From: Candidatus Bathyarchaeota archaeon | GTDB taxonomy: Archaea; Thermoproteota; Bathyarchaeia; 40CM-2-53-6 | Assembly: GCA_005883075.1 (NCBI GenBank) | Contig: VBAX01000048.1 | Location: 35,475-99,474 of the forward strand | DNA: 64,000 nucleotides | Reading direction: 5' to 3' | In this document: positions 47,936-56,772 of the stretch, piece by piece | How the letters are laid out: every line of letters begins with the position of its first letter | Position numbering within the stretch: position 1 is the stretch's first letter | Made by a program: the position numbers and the translations under genes | The notes under the pieces: model-generated | Database searches by the model: none | Told to the model about the DNA's origin: nothing | What the model saw: the letters and a program-made list of their open reading frames with translations, nothing else

Positions 47936-49068
47936 GCGGAGACTTTTCGCGTTTTCCGTACTGCGGGAGCTTCCAGAGCCGCTCCCCAGTTATGATTCAA
48001 TCGACCTCTTCCTTTCCATTCTTCATAATGCTCCATTACGCCCGTGAACAGTAATGGGAGACCGATTGTGGCGTCAACATGTACAGTGCACTGTTCAGCC
48101 TTAGGGTCAAGCTTCCCCCACGACTGGCTTTCGGGGAGCTCGCAACCGGATAGACCCCCGAACTTTGGATCATCTGTAGTTACTTGGATCGCAAAGCTGT
48201 GCGGTGGGACAGGCATACCAGCAATCTCCGCCATCGGGATGACTTGCTGGATGTAATTCTTGGGAGTCCCGCCCCCGATGAAAATTACTCCTGATTTTTG
48301 CCAACGCCGCTTTAGACTCATAATCTCAAGATTGTCCAACATGGGGTCATAGACCATTGGGGGCCGACCCTGGTCGAGCTGCTCATTCCTATAGACTGTT
48401 AATGCCATCCCAACCGAACTATCGGCCAGTGCCGGGCAGAAGATGGGAAGGTGCTCTCTTGAGGCGGTGGCGATGATGCCGTACTCGTCGTTTATTCGTT
48501 GTCCCATCAATTGAAAGAACTCTCTGCTGGAGTATCCTCGTGGCTCAAGGCTTTCCGAGAACTTTTCCACAAACTCGTCAGCCTTAGTGAACATGACATC
48601 ATCCGCGTAGGTGTCGTAGACCCTATCTATTCTCATACTCCTGAGAGTCGGGTCGTCAATATGATGATGGGCCATATAGTGGCGGCCTCCAAGAGATTCG
48701 TAGAGATCGTGACTCAGATTCGCACCGGTCGATACGAGAACGTCGATCGCATGGAAGGCGATGAGGTCCCGGAGGAGTCGCCTCATTCCCCCAGCAATCA
48801 TCGCGCCAGACAAGCCGAAGAATATGATAGGACGATCGGGGTCGCTTAGCATGTGAAGCCAGATCTTGTAACATTTGCCAAGCATTCTGCTTTGGAATGA
48901 TGTGGCGTTGAACGCTTCGAGAGCTTCGCTAACGGTGTGAACCTTCGCAACGTCAAAATGCTGAACAGGATGTTTGAATGCGTCGCCCCGTGGCGAGAAT
49001 TGAATACGAGAAGATGCGGCTGACGCAGATATTTTCTCGTGAGAATTAGAATTCTTGTTGGACTTCAT
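47932..49068 (-). CDS. Deoxyhypusine synthase-family protein (paralog 2, possibly a homospermidine-synthase-like enzyme)
   Basis: DHS blocks: SFQSRMLGKCYKIW, VSTGANLSHD, IGGGTPKNY, ESQSWGKL. 378 aa. Its stop overlaps the MIPS stop by 4 nt (convergent). Confidence 0.75.
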   Translation of the reverse strand: MKSNKNSNSHEKISASAASSRIQFSPRGDAFKHPVQHFDVAKVHTVSEALEAFNATSFQSRMLGKCYKIWLHMLSDPDRPIIFFGLSGAMIAGGMRRLLRDLIAFHAIDVLVSTGANLSHDLYESLGGRHYMAHHHIDDPTLRSMRIDRVYDTYADDVMFTKADEFVEKFSESLEPRGYSSREFFQLMGQRINDEYGIIATASREHLPIFCPALADSSVGMALTVYRNEQLDQGRPPMVYDPMLDNLEIMSLKRRWQKSGVIFIGGGTPKNYIQQVIPMAEIAGMPVPPHSFAIQVTTDDPKFGGLSGCELPESQSWGKLDPKAEQCTVHVDATIGLPLLFTGVMEHYEEWKGRGRLNHNWGAALEAPAVRKTRKVSA

Positions 49069-49244
49069 TTTATCCTTCTAACTTAACCACTCTACGGGCT
49101 TTCTGTTTCTATTAAAATGTTCCACAACTCGCAATGCGGGTCACGGGGACGATTGAAAATTTTCCAAGTAATTCTTTTCAGCAGATCGTTTCCGGATCTC
49201 GGTTTTTGAGCGTGGATTGTTAGGAAATCCGGGACCATTAATGT

Positions 49245-50507
49245 CTAATATCGGCGTCTGTGTCTTTGGAATCTTGGTGGACGACGGGTCGGACGCCTTC
49301 CACGACCTCTCTGGTGTCTTTCTCCACCTCGCCTCGGGCCGTAGGGACGAGGCGGGAGGAACAATGTCGGGTACGATCTTCGGCCAGGAGATGTGAGTCT
49401 GATCATCTCTTGAATGTTTGAGGAAGTTGTTCTTCTTATTCTCTCAAAGATAGAGTCATCGTTTCGACTTACAAGGGATACTGCGATTCCAGCACTTCCA
49501 GCACGGGCAGTTCTGCCGATTCTATGGAAGTACGTGAGGGGTTCTTCCGGCAAGTCGAAGTTAATCACGTGGCTTACGTTCGTAATGTCGAGGCCCCTCG
49601 CCGCCACGTCAGTAGCGACTAGAACTGCGACTGATCCGCCGCGAAAAGCCTGCATTGCCCTATCTCTTTGACCTTGGGACAGATCTCCATGAATCGCTAA
49701 CGCATTGTAGCCCTCGACCCTTAGTGCTTGAGCAAGCCGACCCGCCCTGATCTTGGTCGAACAGAATATGAGTCCTCTCGTTATCTTCTCCGCTTCTAGA
49801 AGGGAGCAGAGAGCTGGAAATTTTTCATTCTCTTCAGCCCATGTATATTTCTGTGAGACAGATTCAACAGCGATCTCGTCGCTATCAACAAAGATTCTCA
49901 GGGGATTCTTCATGTAATGATGGGCGAGCCTAATTATCTCGTCAGGCATAGTAGCTGAGAACAAGGTTGTTTGACGGGGACCCGGGACTCTCTCGAGTAT
50001 CAACCTCACGTCATCGATGAACCCCATGTCTAACATTCTATCCGCCTCGTCCAGCACAACGAATCGGACCCGATCCAGGTCCACTGTTCTTCTCTCCAGA
50101 TGGTCAAGAAGTCTGCCCGGAGTGGCGACGATAACTTTCGTGGTCGGCCTTTCTAGTTTGTTCAGCTGAACTCCTATGCTCTGACCACCGTAGACTGGGA
50201 CCGTTCTTATTGGCATGTGGCGAGCGAGGCGCTCGAATTCTCCCGCAACTTGGACTGCCAGTTCACGTGTTGGCACTAGCACGAGCGCCTGGAGCCCATG
50301 AATGTGGTTATCGATCCTCTGGAGTATCGGAAGGGCATAGGCAAGCGTCTTTCCCGACCCAGTGTGTGCCTGCCCAATGATGTCTCTTCCTTGAAGAATA
50401 GGTGCGATAGCTTCCGCTTGAATTGGGAACATCTCGTCGAAGCCCATATCCTTGATTCCCTGAAGAAGCCGGGGTTGGAAACCTAGGGCTTCGAACTGCT
50501 GAGCCAA
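49245..50507 (-). CDS. DEAD-box ATP-dependent RNA helicase
   Basis: Q motif, AHTGSGKT, DEAD, SAT, HRIGRTAR, and an Arg-rich C-terminal tail. Confidence 0.9.
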   Translation of the reverse strand: MAQQFEALGFQPRLLQGIKDMGFDEMFPIQAEAIAPILQGRDIIGQAHTGSGKTLAYALPILQRIDNHIHGLQALVLVPTRELAVQVAGEFERLARHMPIRTVPVYGGQSIGVQLNKLERPTTKVIVATPGRLLDHLERRTVDLDRVRFVVLDEADRMLDMGFIDDVRLILERVPGPRQTTLFSATMPDEIIRLAHHYMKNPLRIFVDSDEIAVESVSQKYTWAEENEKFPALCSLLEAEKITRGLIFCSTKIRAGRLAQALRVEGYNALAIHGDLSQGQRDRAMQAFRGGSVAVLVATDVAARGLDITNVSHVINFDLPEEPLTYFHRIGRTARAGSAGIAVSLVSRNDDSIFERIRRTTSSNIQEMIRLTSPGRRSYPTLFLPPRPYGPRRGGERHQRGRGRRPTRRPPRFQRHRRRY

Positions 50508-50598
50508 CTATTGTTCTAACAGTAGGTCGGGCCGGCCCATAAAGACCTTCCAGTCTCGGGGATCCCGATCCGAACGAAGAGGAAACCGGTTTCTTTAC

Positions 50599-50778
50599 TT
50601 ATGGCCTTTTGGTTCTTTTCCAGAGACTAGACGCGTCATCGGCGAGGCCCTCGTGACGATGCTCCCAAGCTTGATGCTTGGGCATATGATCTTCGCAGAA
50701 AGTCTTGCCGCAATACTCACACTTCTTGTTCTGTTGCGTTACACGTCCGCATTCGTCACATTTTTCCAAATCAAACAA
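50599..50778 (-). CDS. Small AN1-like zinc-finger protein (below the ORF-track length cutoff)
   Basis: My own translation of the minus strand gives (TTG)MFDLEKCDECGRVTQQNKKCEYCGKTFCEDHMPKHQAWEHRHEGLADDASSLWKRTKRP*. The ligand pattern is CxxC-x9-CxxC-x4-CxxH-x3-H-x4-HxH. It lies 39 nt downstream of the wHTH gene. Confidence 0.5.
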   Translation of the reverse strand: MFDLEKCDECGRVTQQNKKCEYCGKTFCEDHMPKHQAWEHRHEGLADDASSLWKRTKRP

Positions 50779-50817
50779 CTTCGAACGGAGACAATATTGA
50801 TGATAATCGCGGGAGGT

Positions 50818-51129
50818 TTAAGCTTGAGCCTGGACCGGGCTTACTTCCTGGTTGTAATTCCACTTTACGATCAGTTCTTGCAAAAGTTTCGCACGATCGT
50901 TGGTGAGGTTCAGCTTGAAAACTCTCACACGTCCGTAGTCTCTTTCCTCCACAATTCCTGCCTTTGATAAGTCGTCCAAATGCCTCTCGGTAGCGCTGTA
51001 GCTTTGGTCGGTTCTCTTTGCTATCTCCGTCAAGTGCAGTTGCTCAACTTCGGAGAGAAGGGTCAGTATTCGAATTCTGCCGCTGCTCGAGAGGATCTTG
51101 TATAGGGGTGGACTTTTTTCTCCGGCCAA
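50818..51129 (-). CDS. ArsR-family winged-helix transcription regulator
   Basis: RIRILTLLSEVEQLHLTEIAKRTDQSYSATERHLDDLSKAGIV is an HTH plus wing. It lies 2 nt downstream of cdc6. Confidence 0.7.
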   Translation of the reverse strand: MAGEKSPPLYKILSSSGRIRILTLLSEVEQLHLTEIAKRTDQSYSATERHLDDLSKAGIVEERDYGRVRVFKLNLTNDRAKLLQELIVKWNYNQEVSPVQAQA

Positions 51130-51131
51130 GG

Positions 51132-52358
51132 CTAGGCTCGAATGGAGAGGGTTGATTCAAGCCATCGGCGTATGGCGGAGGCAGGGGCCGAGGATATTCC
51201 TAGCAGGGTTGTTTTGCCTCTGAAGCCGGTAGTGGAGAGTTGGGTGGAGAGGATGCCTGTAGCGTTCAGGTTCTGGACGTACTTCCATACTTGCGTGTGG
51301 GCCCGGTATGTTTCTTTGTGTTCCTCGCAAGCCATACGGTAGGCTATCTCGACATCGCCCATAGTGGCGTATGTTGCGTTGTTTCTCTCCAAGACCCGTG
51401 CTAGTGCTAGGAGTATTAGTTTCTCGTGGAGGTTGAGGTGCTGGGAGTATTCTGTGCGTAGAACAGGATATACGCTGTTTGCAGCGGCTCTGATATGATC
51501 AGGCTTCACCTCTCTCGCCCCTTCCGTGTCAGCATACTTTCCACCCCTCCAAAGTAGTTCGATAGCATAGCGAGCGTCGCCCCCGAGCGTGGCCATGTCA
51601 GCTATGAAGTTCAAGACCTCTTCAGGGACAGTTGCTTCTTTGAATGCGAGCTCTGCCCTCTCTCTGAGAATATTTTCCAGTTGCGGAGTGGTGTAATGAT
51701 CTAGACGGATGACATTTCGCTGGAGAGTGCTCTGAGTACTTCTATCGAGATCGTCGAGATTCTTGATCTCCCGCAGGATGATAATGAGGGACAATCTTAC
51801 TGGCCGGCCAGGGCGCTCCTCTTGGATGCGTGTGAGATTGTAGAGGCTGGTGGAGCCTTCTGCTTTGATGAGCGAGTCCGCCTCGTCGAGGGTGAGGATG
51901 ACGTGGAGTTTCTTGTCCTCCAGCTGGTCTAGGAGGATGTGCAGTAGTTCCTCGCTAGAGAACCCTCGCTGGGGGAATTGCGGCGTAAAGGTCTGGAGGA
52001 CCCGTTTGAGGATCATGAAGAGGCTTCCCCGATACTCGCGGCAGTTGACGTGTATGTAGGCGAGGTTGAGCTTCATGGTCTTGGCGGTGCGCTGGATGTC
52101 GGTGCCGAATCGTTGTGTCAGAACGGTCTTACCGGTTCCAATGTCGCCAGTGATGAGGACCTTGGGGCTGGTGGTTCCGGGTTTGTCTATGACTGATCGG
52201 AAGAGTTCGGCGAGGAATCGTAGCTGGTTTTCCCGGTGGGGTAGCCGGTTTGGGAGCCATTCGAGGCTGAGGGGTCCTTCATCTTTGAATATGGTGGGTT
52301 TGGAGAGGGCGTCCCGTACTATCTCGGAGGGGGCGGAGAGGCTTGTTTTCTCGATCAT
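51132..52358 (-). CDS. cdc6: Orc1/Cdc6 replication initiator
   Basis: HRENQL, Walker A GDIGTGKTV, Walker B LTLDEADSL, and a C-terminal winged helix. 408 aa. Confidence 0.95.
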   Translation of the reverse strand: MIEKTSLSAPSEIVRDALSKPTIFKDEGPLSLEWLPNRLPHRENQLRFLAELFRSVIDKPGTTSPKVLITGDIGTGKTVLTQRFGTDIQRTAKTMKLNLAYIHVNCREYRGSLFMILKRVLQTFTPQFPQRGFSSEELLHILLDQLEDKKLHVILTLDEADSLIKAEGSTSLYNLTRIQEERPGRPVRLSLIIILREIKNLDDLDRSTQSTLQRNVIRLDHYTTPQLENILRERAELAFKEATVPEEVLNFIADMATLGGDARYAIELLWRGGKYADTEGAREVKPDHIRAAANSVYPVLRTEYSQHLNLHEKLILLALARVLERNNATYATMGDVEIAYRMACEEHKETYRAHTQVWKYVQNLNATGILSTQLSTTGFRGKTTLLGISSAPASAIRRWLESTLSIRA

Positions 52359-52491
52359 GACGAATACTTACACCTGAAAGCTCTCAAACTATACTGATGA
52401 ACGTATAAAATGAGCAGAGATGGATAAAAGTAATCGGACCCCATGAAGGCCCTGATGTTGGGGTATTTGTCCTTAGTTGTAGCCTGTGAGG

Positions 52492-53187
52492 TTAGGATCG
52501 CCTAAGCCCGAGGCGAGATCGTAGACCAACAGTCGTCCGAAGTTTCTTGATGAATGATCGGTCGAGTAATTCCTTGGGAGTCTCTCGACGAGCTTTCACG
52601 TTAAAGGTCACATAGGAGGGTATCCCTGGGTAATTGCAAAGATAATTCACTTCGTTACCAGCGTCTGGGAACGGCTCGGGGATTCCATATCCACGTTTCT
52701 CCCAGAGCCATCGGGGATACAGGGTGAATCCTCCGCATCCCGCAACTCGCTCCCAGCCTGCGGGAATTTGCTCGTGCCTTGGATAATAATGGTAGGACTT
52801 TCTCTTCATCTCGGGTGTGGCCCAGGTGTCCCAGTATCGGACTCTTGATGGGTACTTGGAACTGTCGAGGAACCAATTTGTAGCTCCGAGAACGCAATCC
52901 ATATTGTAGTTGGCATATTCTTTTATCAACAGTCTGATTTCGTGGACTTGATCCAAATAGTAGCTGTCTATGCTCAGAAAATGCTCCGTATCCGGATGTA
53001 GTTTCAATAATTTCTTGTTAGCCGTGTTTCTCCTGTTAGCTAGATATTTCACCCGTTCCCATGTCTTGACGGGGGGATAATGCGCGAACTCTTTGTAACC
53101 CTCAGTGTGACAATAGAATGGGACTTCCCCAATACTCCAATTCTCTTCTCTTCCGCTAATGCACACTGCTGCAATATTCTGTTTCAT
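52492..53187 (-). CDS. Hypothetical protein, possibly a GT-A-fold glycosyltransferase
   Basis: 231 aa with a possible DxD-like SIDSYY and aromatic-rich YWDTWATP. It sits downstream of the GT4/methyltransferase operon. No firm motif match. Confidence 0.3.
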   Translation of the reverse strand: MKQNIAAVCISGREENWSIGEVPFYCHTEGYKEFAHYPPVKTWERVKYLANRRNTANKKLLKLHPDTEHFLSIDSYYLDQVHEIRLLIKEYANYNMDCVLGATNWFLDSSKYPSRVRYWDTWATPEMKRKSYHYYPRHEQIPAGWERVAGCGGFTLYPRWLWEKRGYGIPEPFPDAGNEVNYLCNYPGIPSYVTFNVKARRETPKELLDRSFIKKLRTTVGLRSRLGLRRS

Positions 53188-53252
53188 TTCGAACCGCGTT
53201 CTAACCTAGTCAATACCAGGTGAATGAGACCAACTCATGCCTTTTTCGGGCG

Positions 53253-54410
53253 TCAAGGACGCGTGGATGGTAATTCTGCCACTCTTTCCGAGATTATTTT
53301 CCGGATTTGATCATCGAAAGAGTCCGCACTGAACATTTGCGCTTTCTCTGCAATGTACTCCGGGCTGTCCTTTACAGCATCACTCTCGAATGCCTGTTCT
53401 ACAAGCCTAGCGGCCTCCTCGAGGGATCGGTACATGTATCCAGTGCCACTAGCCTGCACCATTTCGGCACCTCCTCCCGCAGAAGGGGTGACAGGGATGC
53501 AACCTGCGCCCATCGCCTGCCCAAGACTTATGCTAACTCCTAGTTCAACACTCGGGTATAGGTACAGCTTCGCGCACTCCACTAACTCCTTACACTGCCG
53601 GACAATGCCCTCTACGAGTTTCGCATTGGGGGGAAGACTGTCAATGAGCTTCTCTTTGTACCTCGGAAAGAGAGCCTCCTCTGTCTTACTCATCTTCCCC
53701 ACAATCACGAACTTGTAATGGGGAAGTTTGCGCGCGATTTCAATGAAATCTTCAAGTCGCTTGCTCGGCACAAGCCGGCTGGTATTTATGGCATATTTTT
53801 CTTTCGGCATCGGGCGGAAGGACATTTCACAAGGTGGAAAAACGGACGGACTGTGAGGGTAGCAGAGGGCATCCATCGATTCTTCTATGGCGTGGCTGAG
53901 GGGGATGAAGAAATTGTCCTTTTCGGACATCCGAATGGCGTAGTGTTTGTAGAGCCTTTGGAGAGGAGAGTAGTACAATGACTTGATTAGTGATTTCTTC
54001 ATCGCTGAGCCTATTTGGTGACCGTAGAAGAAGTCGGCGAGATCATAAGCTACGCAGAGGTTGAACAAGTTCGGTTTGAAGTAGAGCATGGACTGGGTTG
54101 AGAAAACGAACTCGCAATCGTTCGGGATCTTGATGGAGTTTAGCAGCCTAACGCTATAGATTGCCCTTTGATACGCTAGAAACTGTTTGGTTAGAAAAGG
54201 CCTGAATTCTCCTAAAACGGGGACGTGAGTGCAATTTTTCATTATTCCTCCGAGTCCGAAGTGTCGATCGGCTTCCTCCGGATTGAAATTGTCACAAGCT
54301 AGGTAAACGTGATATCCCAACTCCTGTAACACTTTGCAGACGTGAAGACCTACGACCTCGCCTCCTCCGTAGAGGGTGAAACGAGGATGGATGACAATGA
54401 CGTCTTTCAT
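53253..54410 (-). CDS. Glycosyltransferase family 4 (GT-B, Glycos_transf_1)
   Basis: The C-terminal block LYPSVELGVSISLGQAMGAGCIPV fits the E-x7-E region. The start is set at MKDVIVIHP (ATG at 54408-54410), which overlaps the upstream gene stop as ATGA. Confidence 0.8.
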   Translation of the reverse strand: MKDVIVIHPRFTLYGGGEVVGLHVCKVLQELGYHVYLACDNFNPEEADRHFGLGGIMKNCTHVPVLGEFRPFLTKQFLAYQRAIYSVRLLNSIKIPNDCEFVFSTQSMLYFKPNLFNLCVAYDLADFFYGHQIGSAMKKSLIKSLYYSPLQRLYKHYAIRMSEKDNFFIPLSHAIEESMDALCYPHSPSVFPPCEMSFRPMPKEKYAINTSRLVPSKRLEDFIEIARKLPHYKFVIVGKMSKTEEALFPRYKEKLIDSLPPNAKLVEGIVRQCKELVECAKLYLYPSVELGVSISLGQAMGAGCIPVTPSAGGGAEMVQASGTGYMYRSLEEAARLVEQAFESDAVKDSPEYIAEKAQMFSADSFDDQIRKIISERVAELPSTRP

Positions 54411-54952
54411 CGTCTTTCGCGTTCGACTGAGTAGTAACTCCATCGAAACATCAGATGGGCCTTGGAGATCAATCCGCCGAAACGCGGTTTCATAGCGATT
54501 CTTCGAAGCATCCTGCTCACTTCTATGCCGATGCTGGTCCTTGGAAGTTTTAGGAATCGAAGGCCTGGGAGCTGAAGCCATTCGTGTTCCGGAGTGGCCC
54601 ACATTGCAAAACTCGTCCAATTATCTTGGCGAGCTATTAGGGTCGAGCCAACTCGGAGTATTTCTCTGATCGCATCCCATGGATGAGTCACGTGCTCAAG
54701 GACGTTGTAAGCCTTGACTATTTCGAATGACTTGTCTCGGAACGGCAAAAATTCCGCGCTCGCTCGGACAAAGAATGGCGGCGGTGTTTGCGGAATATCG
54801 ATGTCAACGCAGACACCCGCCCGAGGAACAGTGCCGAAAACGCCCGCACCCACTCCGACATCTAGGTCGGCTGCTGTCGAATCTGCAATTTGGTGAGAAA
54901 GTTCCCTAATTCTCACGTTAAACCAGACGTCCAGTTCACTAATCTGCGGCAA
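54407..54952 (-). CDS. Class I SAM-dependent methyltransferase
   Basis: Motif I LDVGVGAGVFG. Post-I/II region FEIVKAYNVLEHV. Confidence 0.7.
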   Translation of the reverse strand: MPQISELDVWFNVRIRELSHQIADSTAADLDVGVGAGVFGTVPRAGVCVDIDIPQTPPPFFVRASAEFLPFRDKSFEIVKAYNVLEHVTHPWDAIREILRVGSTLIARQDNWTSFAMWATPEHEWLQLPGLRFLKLPRTSIGIEVSRMLRRIAMKPRFGGLISKAHLMFRWSYYSVERERR

Positions 54953-56345
54953 TTACTTTGAAGCTTGGGAGTGGGACGATGAACTTGCCTCCTGATTCTA
55001 GGTACGTTTCTTCCTCTTTCATGATCTCGTTCAGGAAATGATGGGGAAGGACAAGGAAGAAGTCGGGGTTATCTCGTCGCGCTTCGTCCTTTGATACGAT
55101 GGGAATCTCAGTTCCCGGTGTCTTACGTCCCCACTTCTCGGGATTCGCGTCTGTTGCTCTCTTGATAAGATGATAATCTAGCTTACAATACTGGAGTATG
55201 GTGTTGCCTCGGGTTGAGGCTCCATATCTGCCTTTTTTGGTTTGGTCTTTTATGAACTCGTTAAGTTGTGATCTGATTCTTCGAACATTTTTCGCGAAGC
55301 TTGTGTATATTGAAGGCTTGCTCGAGAACAACCTCCTCTCAAATTCATTCATCTTCTCTACGCTATCTAGGAGTGGGAACTGTCCCCTCCTTGCAACGTA
55401 TGTGCGGAAGCTTCCGCCATTGACATCATTCTTCTCAATGTCAAAGATTTCTAGATCGTAGTTGCTCAAAAGTCGGTTCATTGTGCCCAGCGAATAGTAA
55501 GTAAGGTGCTCGTGACCTATGTTGTCGAAACCGTTCTGCTCCAGCATCGAGCACAAGTAGTTCTGCTGAATCACCCATGCGCCTTGCGGATCGAGGCACT
55601 TCACTATATCTGCCACGAAAGTGTCGGGGTCATCTAGATCGTAAAACATTGCGACGCTGGTAATTAGCTTCGCTTTCGAGCTAGGGAACTTTTGTCTGAA
55701 TAATTCGTAACCAAAGAAATCGTTGAATACGAACTCTGTGCCTTTTCTTGCCTCTTCGACGAGATTCTTCGCCGGTTCAAATCCGACCAATCTCAGTCCA
55801 GGAATCTTGTATGATCGCAGAAGCGTTCCGTCGTTGCAACCGATGTCTACAACAATGTCGCCATTTTTGGGCTGAGCAATTTCGCACGACTTGACGACTA
55901 AGTCCTCAAGAGCCTTTCTCATTGTCGAGCTTATTCCTGAACGGTACCAATAGTGACGGTAGAGGGAATCTCGGGGGAACGTATGTTTCAGTTGGACAAG
56001 GTTGCAAGAGGTACATCGCATTAATTCGAGAGGAGATCGCGGGCTGTCTCCTTCGGCTGTCACGAAATCAGAAACGTGTTGGTTGCCTAGCGATAGGATT
56101 TGGACAAGAGTCCTCGAATGGCAAAGTCTACAGTCTTTGATCGGGATGGCGATCGGGCCCAAGGGTTCTCTTGTCTCTGTGTGGAATTGATTCGGATTGG
56201 ATTCACGTCCTCCTTCAAGACGCCTATAAACTACTTGAGTGTTCAATGCTCTCCACTGTTCATGCGATATGAACGACTTCAGAACAGATTTCGAAGTCAA
56301 GAGCCTAGGGCTTGATAGGCCCGAATTAGCGAATTTGGACTGCAA
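54939..56345 (-). CDS. NDP-sugar C-methyltransferase-like enzyme (zinc-binding N-domain + SAM MTase + C-methyltransferase C-domain)
   Basis: Motifs: CRLCHS...CTSCNLVQL, YWYRSGISSTM, VVDIGCNDGTLL, and C-terminal GASTRGNTILQY...ANPEKWGRKTPGTEIPIV. This is the TylCIII-type architecture. Confidence 0.75.
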   Translation of the reverse strand: MQSKFANSGLSSPRLLTSKSVLKSFISHEQWRALNTQVVYRRLEGGRESNPNQFHTETREPLGPIAIPIKDCRLCHSRTLVQILSLGNQHVSDFVTAEGDSPRSPLELMRCTSCNLVQLKHTFPRDSLYRHYWYRSGISSTMRKALEDLVVKSCEIAQPKNGDIVVDIGCNDGTLLRSYKIPGLRLVGFEPAKNLVEEARKGTEFVFNDFFGYELFRQKFPSSKAKLITSVAMFYDLDDPDTFVADIVKCLDPQGAWVIQQNYLCSMLEQNGFDNIGHEHLTYYSLGTMNRLLSNYDLEIFDIEKNDVNGGSFRTYVARRGQFPLLDSVEKMNEFERRLFSSKPSIYTSFAKNVRRIRSQLNEFIKDQTKKGRYGASTRGNTILQYCKLDYHLIKRATDANPEKWGRKTPGTEIPIVSKDEARRDNPDFFLVLPHHFLNEIMKEEETYLESGGKFIVPLPSFKVIAAD

Positions 56346-56377
56346 AACTATTATTCACTGAATGTGAGAAGGCAATC

Positions 56378-56728
56378 ATGACTAATGTAACCGCTATCGA
56401 GGAACTTGCATCGGAGACGTGTGTTGAACGGAAAGGAATTCCTCCGATGCCTCGGCGGGAAGCCGAACAACTCTTGCGACTCCTTCCGGGATGGATTCTG
56501 ACAGACGGCTCAATCGAAAAGGAGTTCCATTTCAAGTCCTATCTCAATGGCTTGGACTTCGCGTATTCGGTTGGCAAGATTGCCGAGGCGCAAGATCATC
56601 ACCCTGACATTCTGATCAAATGGAGACGTGTGAAGCTAATACTTTCCACTCACTCTGTCAAAGGGTTGAGTCAGAATGACTTCATAGTCGCGGCGAGATC
56701 CGAACTCAAATATAGGGAATCGGTTTGA
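56378..56728 (+). CDS. Pterin-4a-carbinolamine dehydratase (PCD/DCoH)
   Basis: HHPDILIKWRRVKLILSTH motif. 116 aa. Confidence 0.85.
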   Translation: MTNVTAIEELASETCVERKGIPPMPRREAEQLLRLLPGWILTDGSIEKEFHFKSYLNGLDFAYSVGKIAEAQDHHPDILIKWRRVKLILSTHSVKGLSQNDFIVAARSELKYRESV

Positions 56729-56772
56729 GTGCATGCTAAGGTCGTCAGAATGTTGTCGAGGAGGGGGTAATT

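Noticed and set aside
52359-52491. Replication origin immediately upstream of cdc6.
   Set aside because: The gap is only 133 bp. I saw no repeated ORB-like elements or extended AT-rich unwinding stretch, only a TATA-like TTTATA and a 5-bp inverted repeat. An origin cannot be supported from this sequence alone.
54411-54620. 70-aa N-terminal extension of the GT4 glycosyltransferase ORF.
   Set aside because: The extension overlaps the methyltransferase gene in another frame and is Arg/Ser/His-rich. The GT4 fold begins at MKDVIVIHP, whose ATG overlaps the upstream stop as ATGA.
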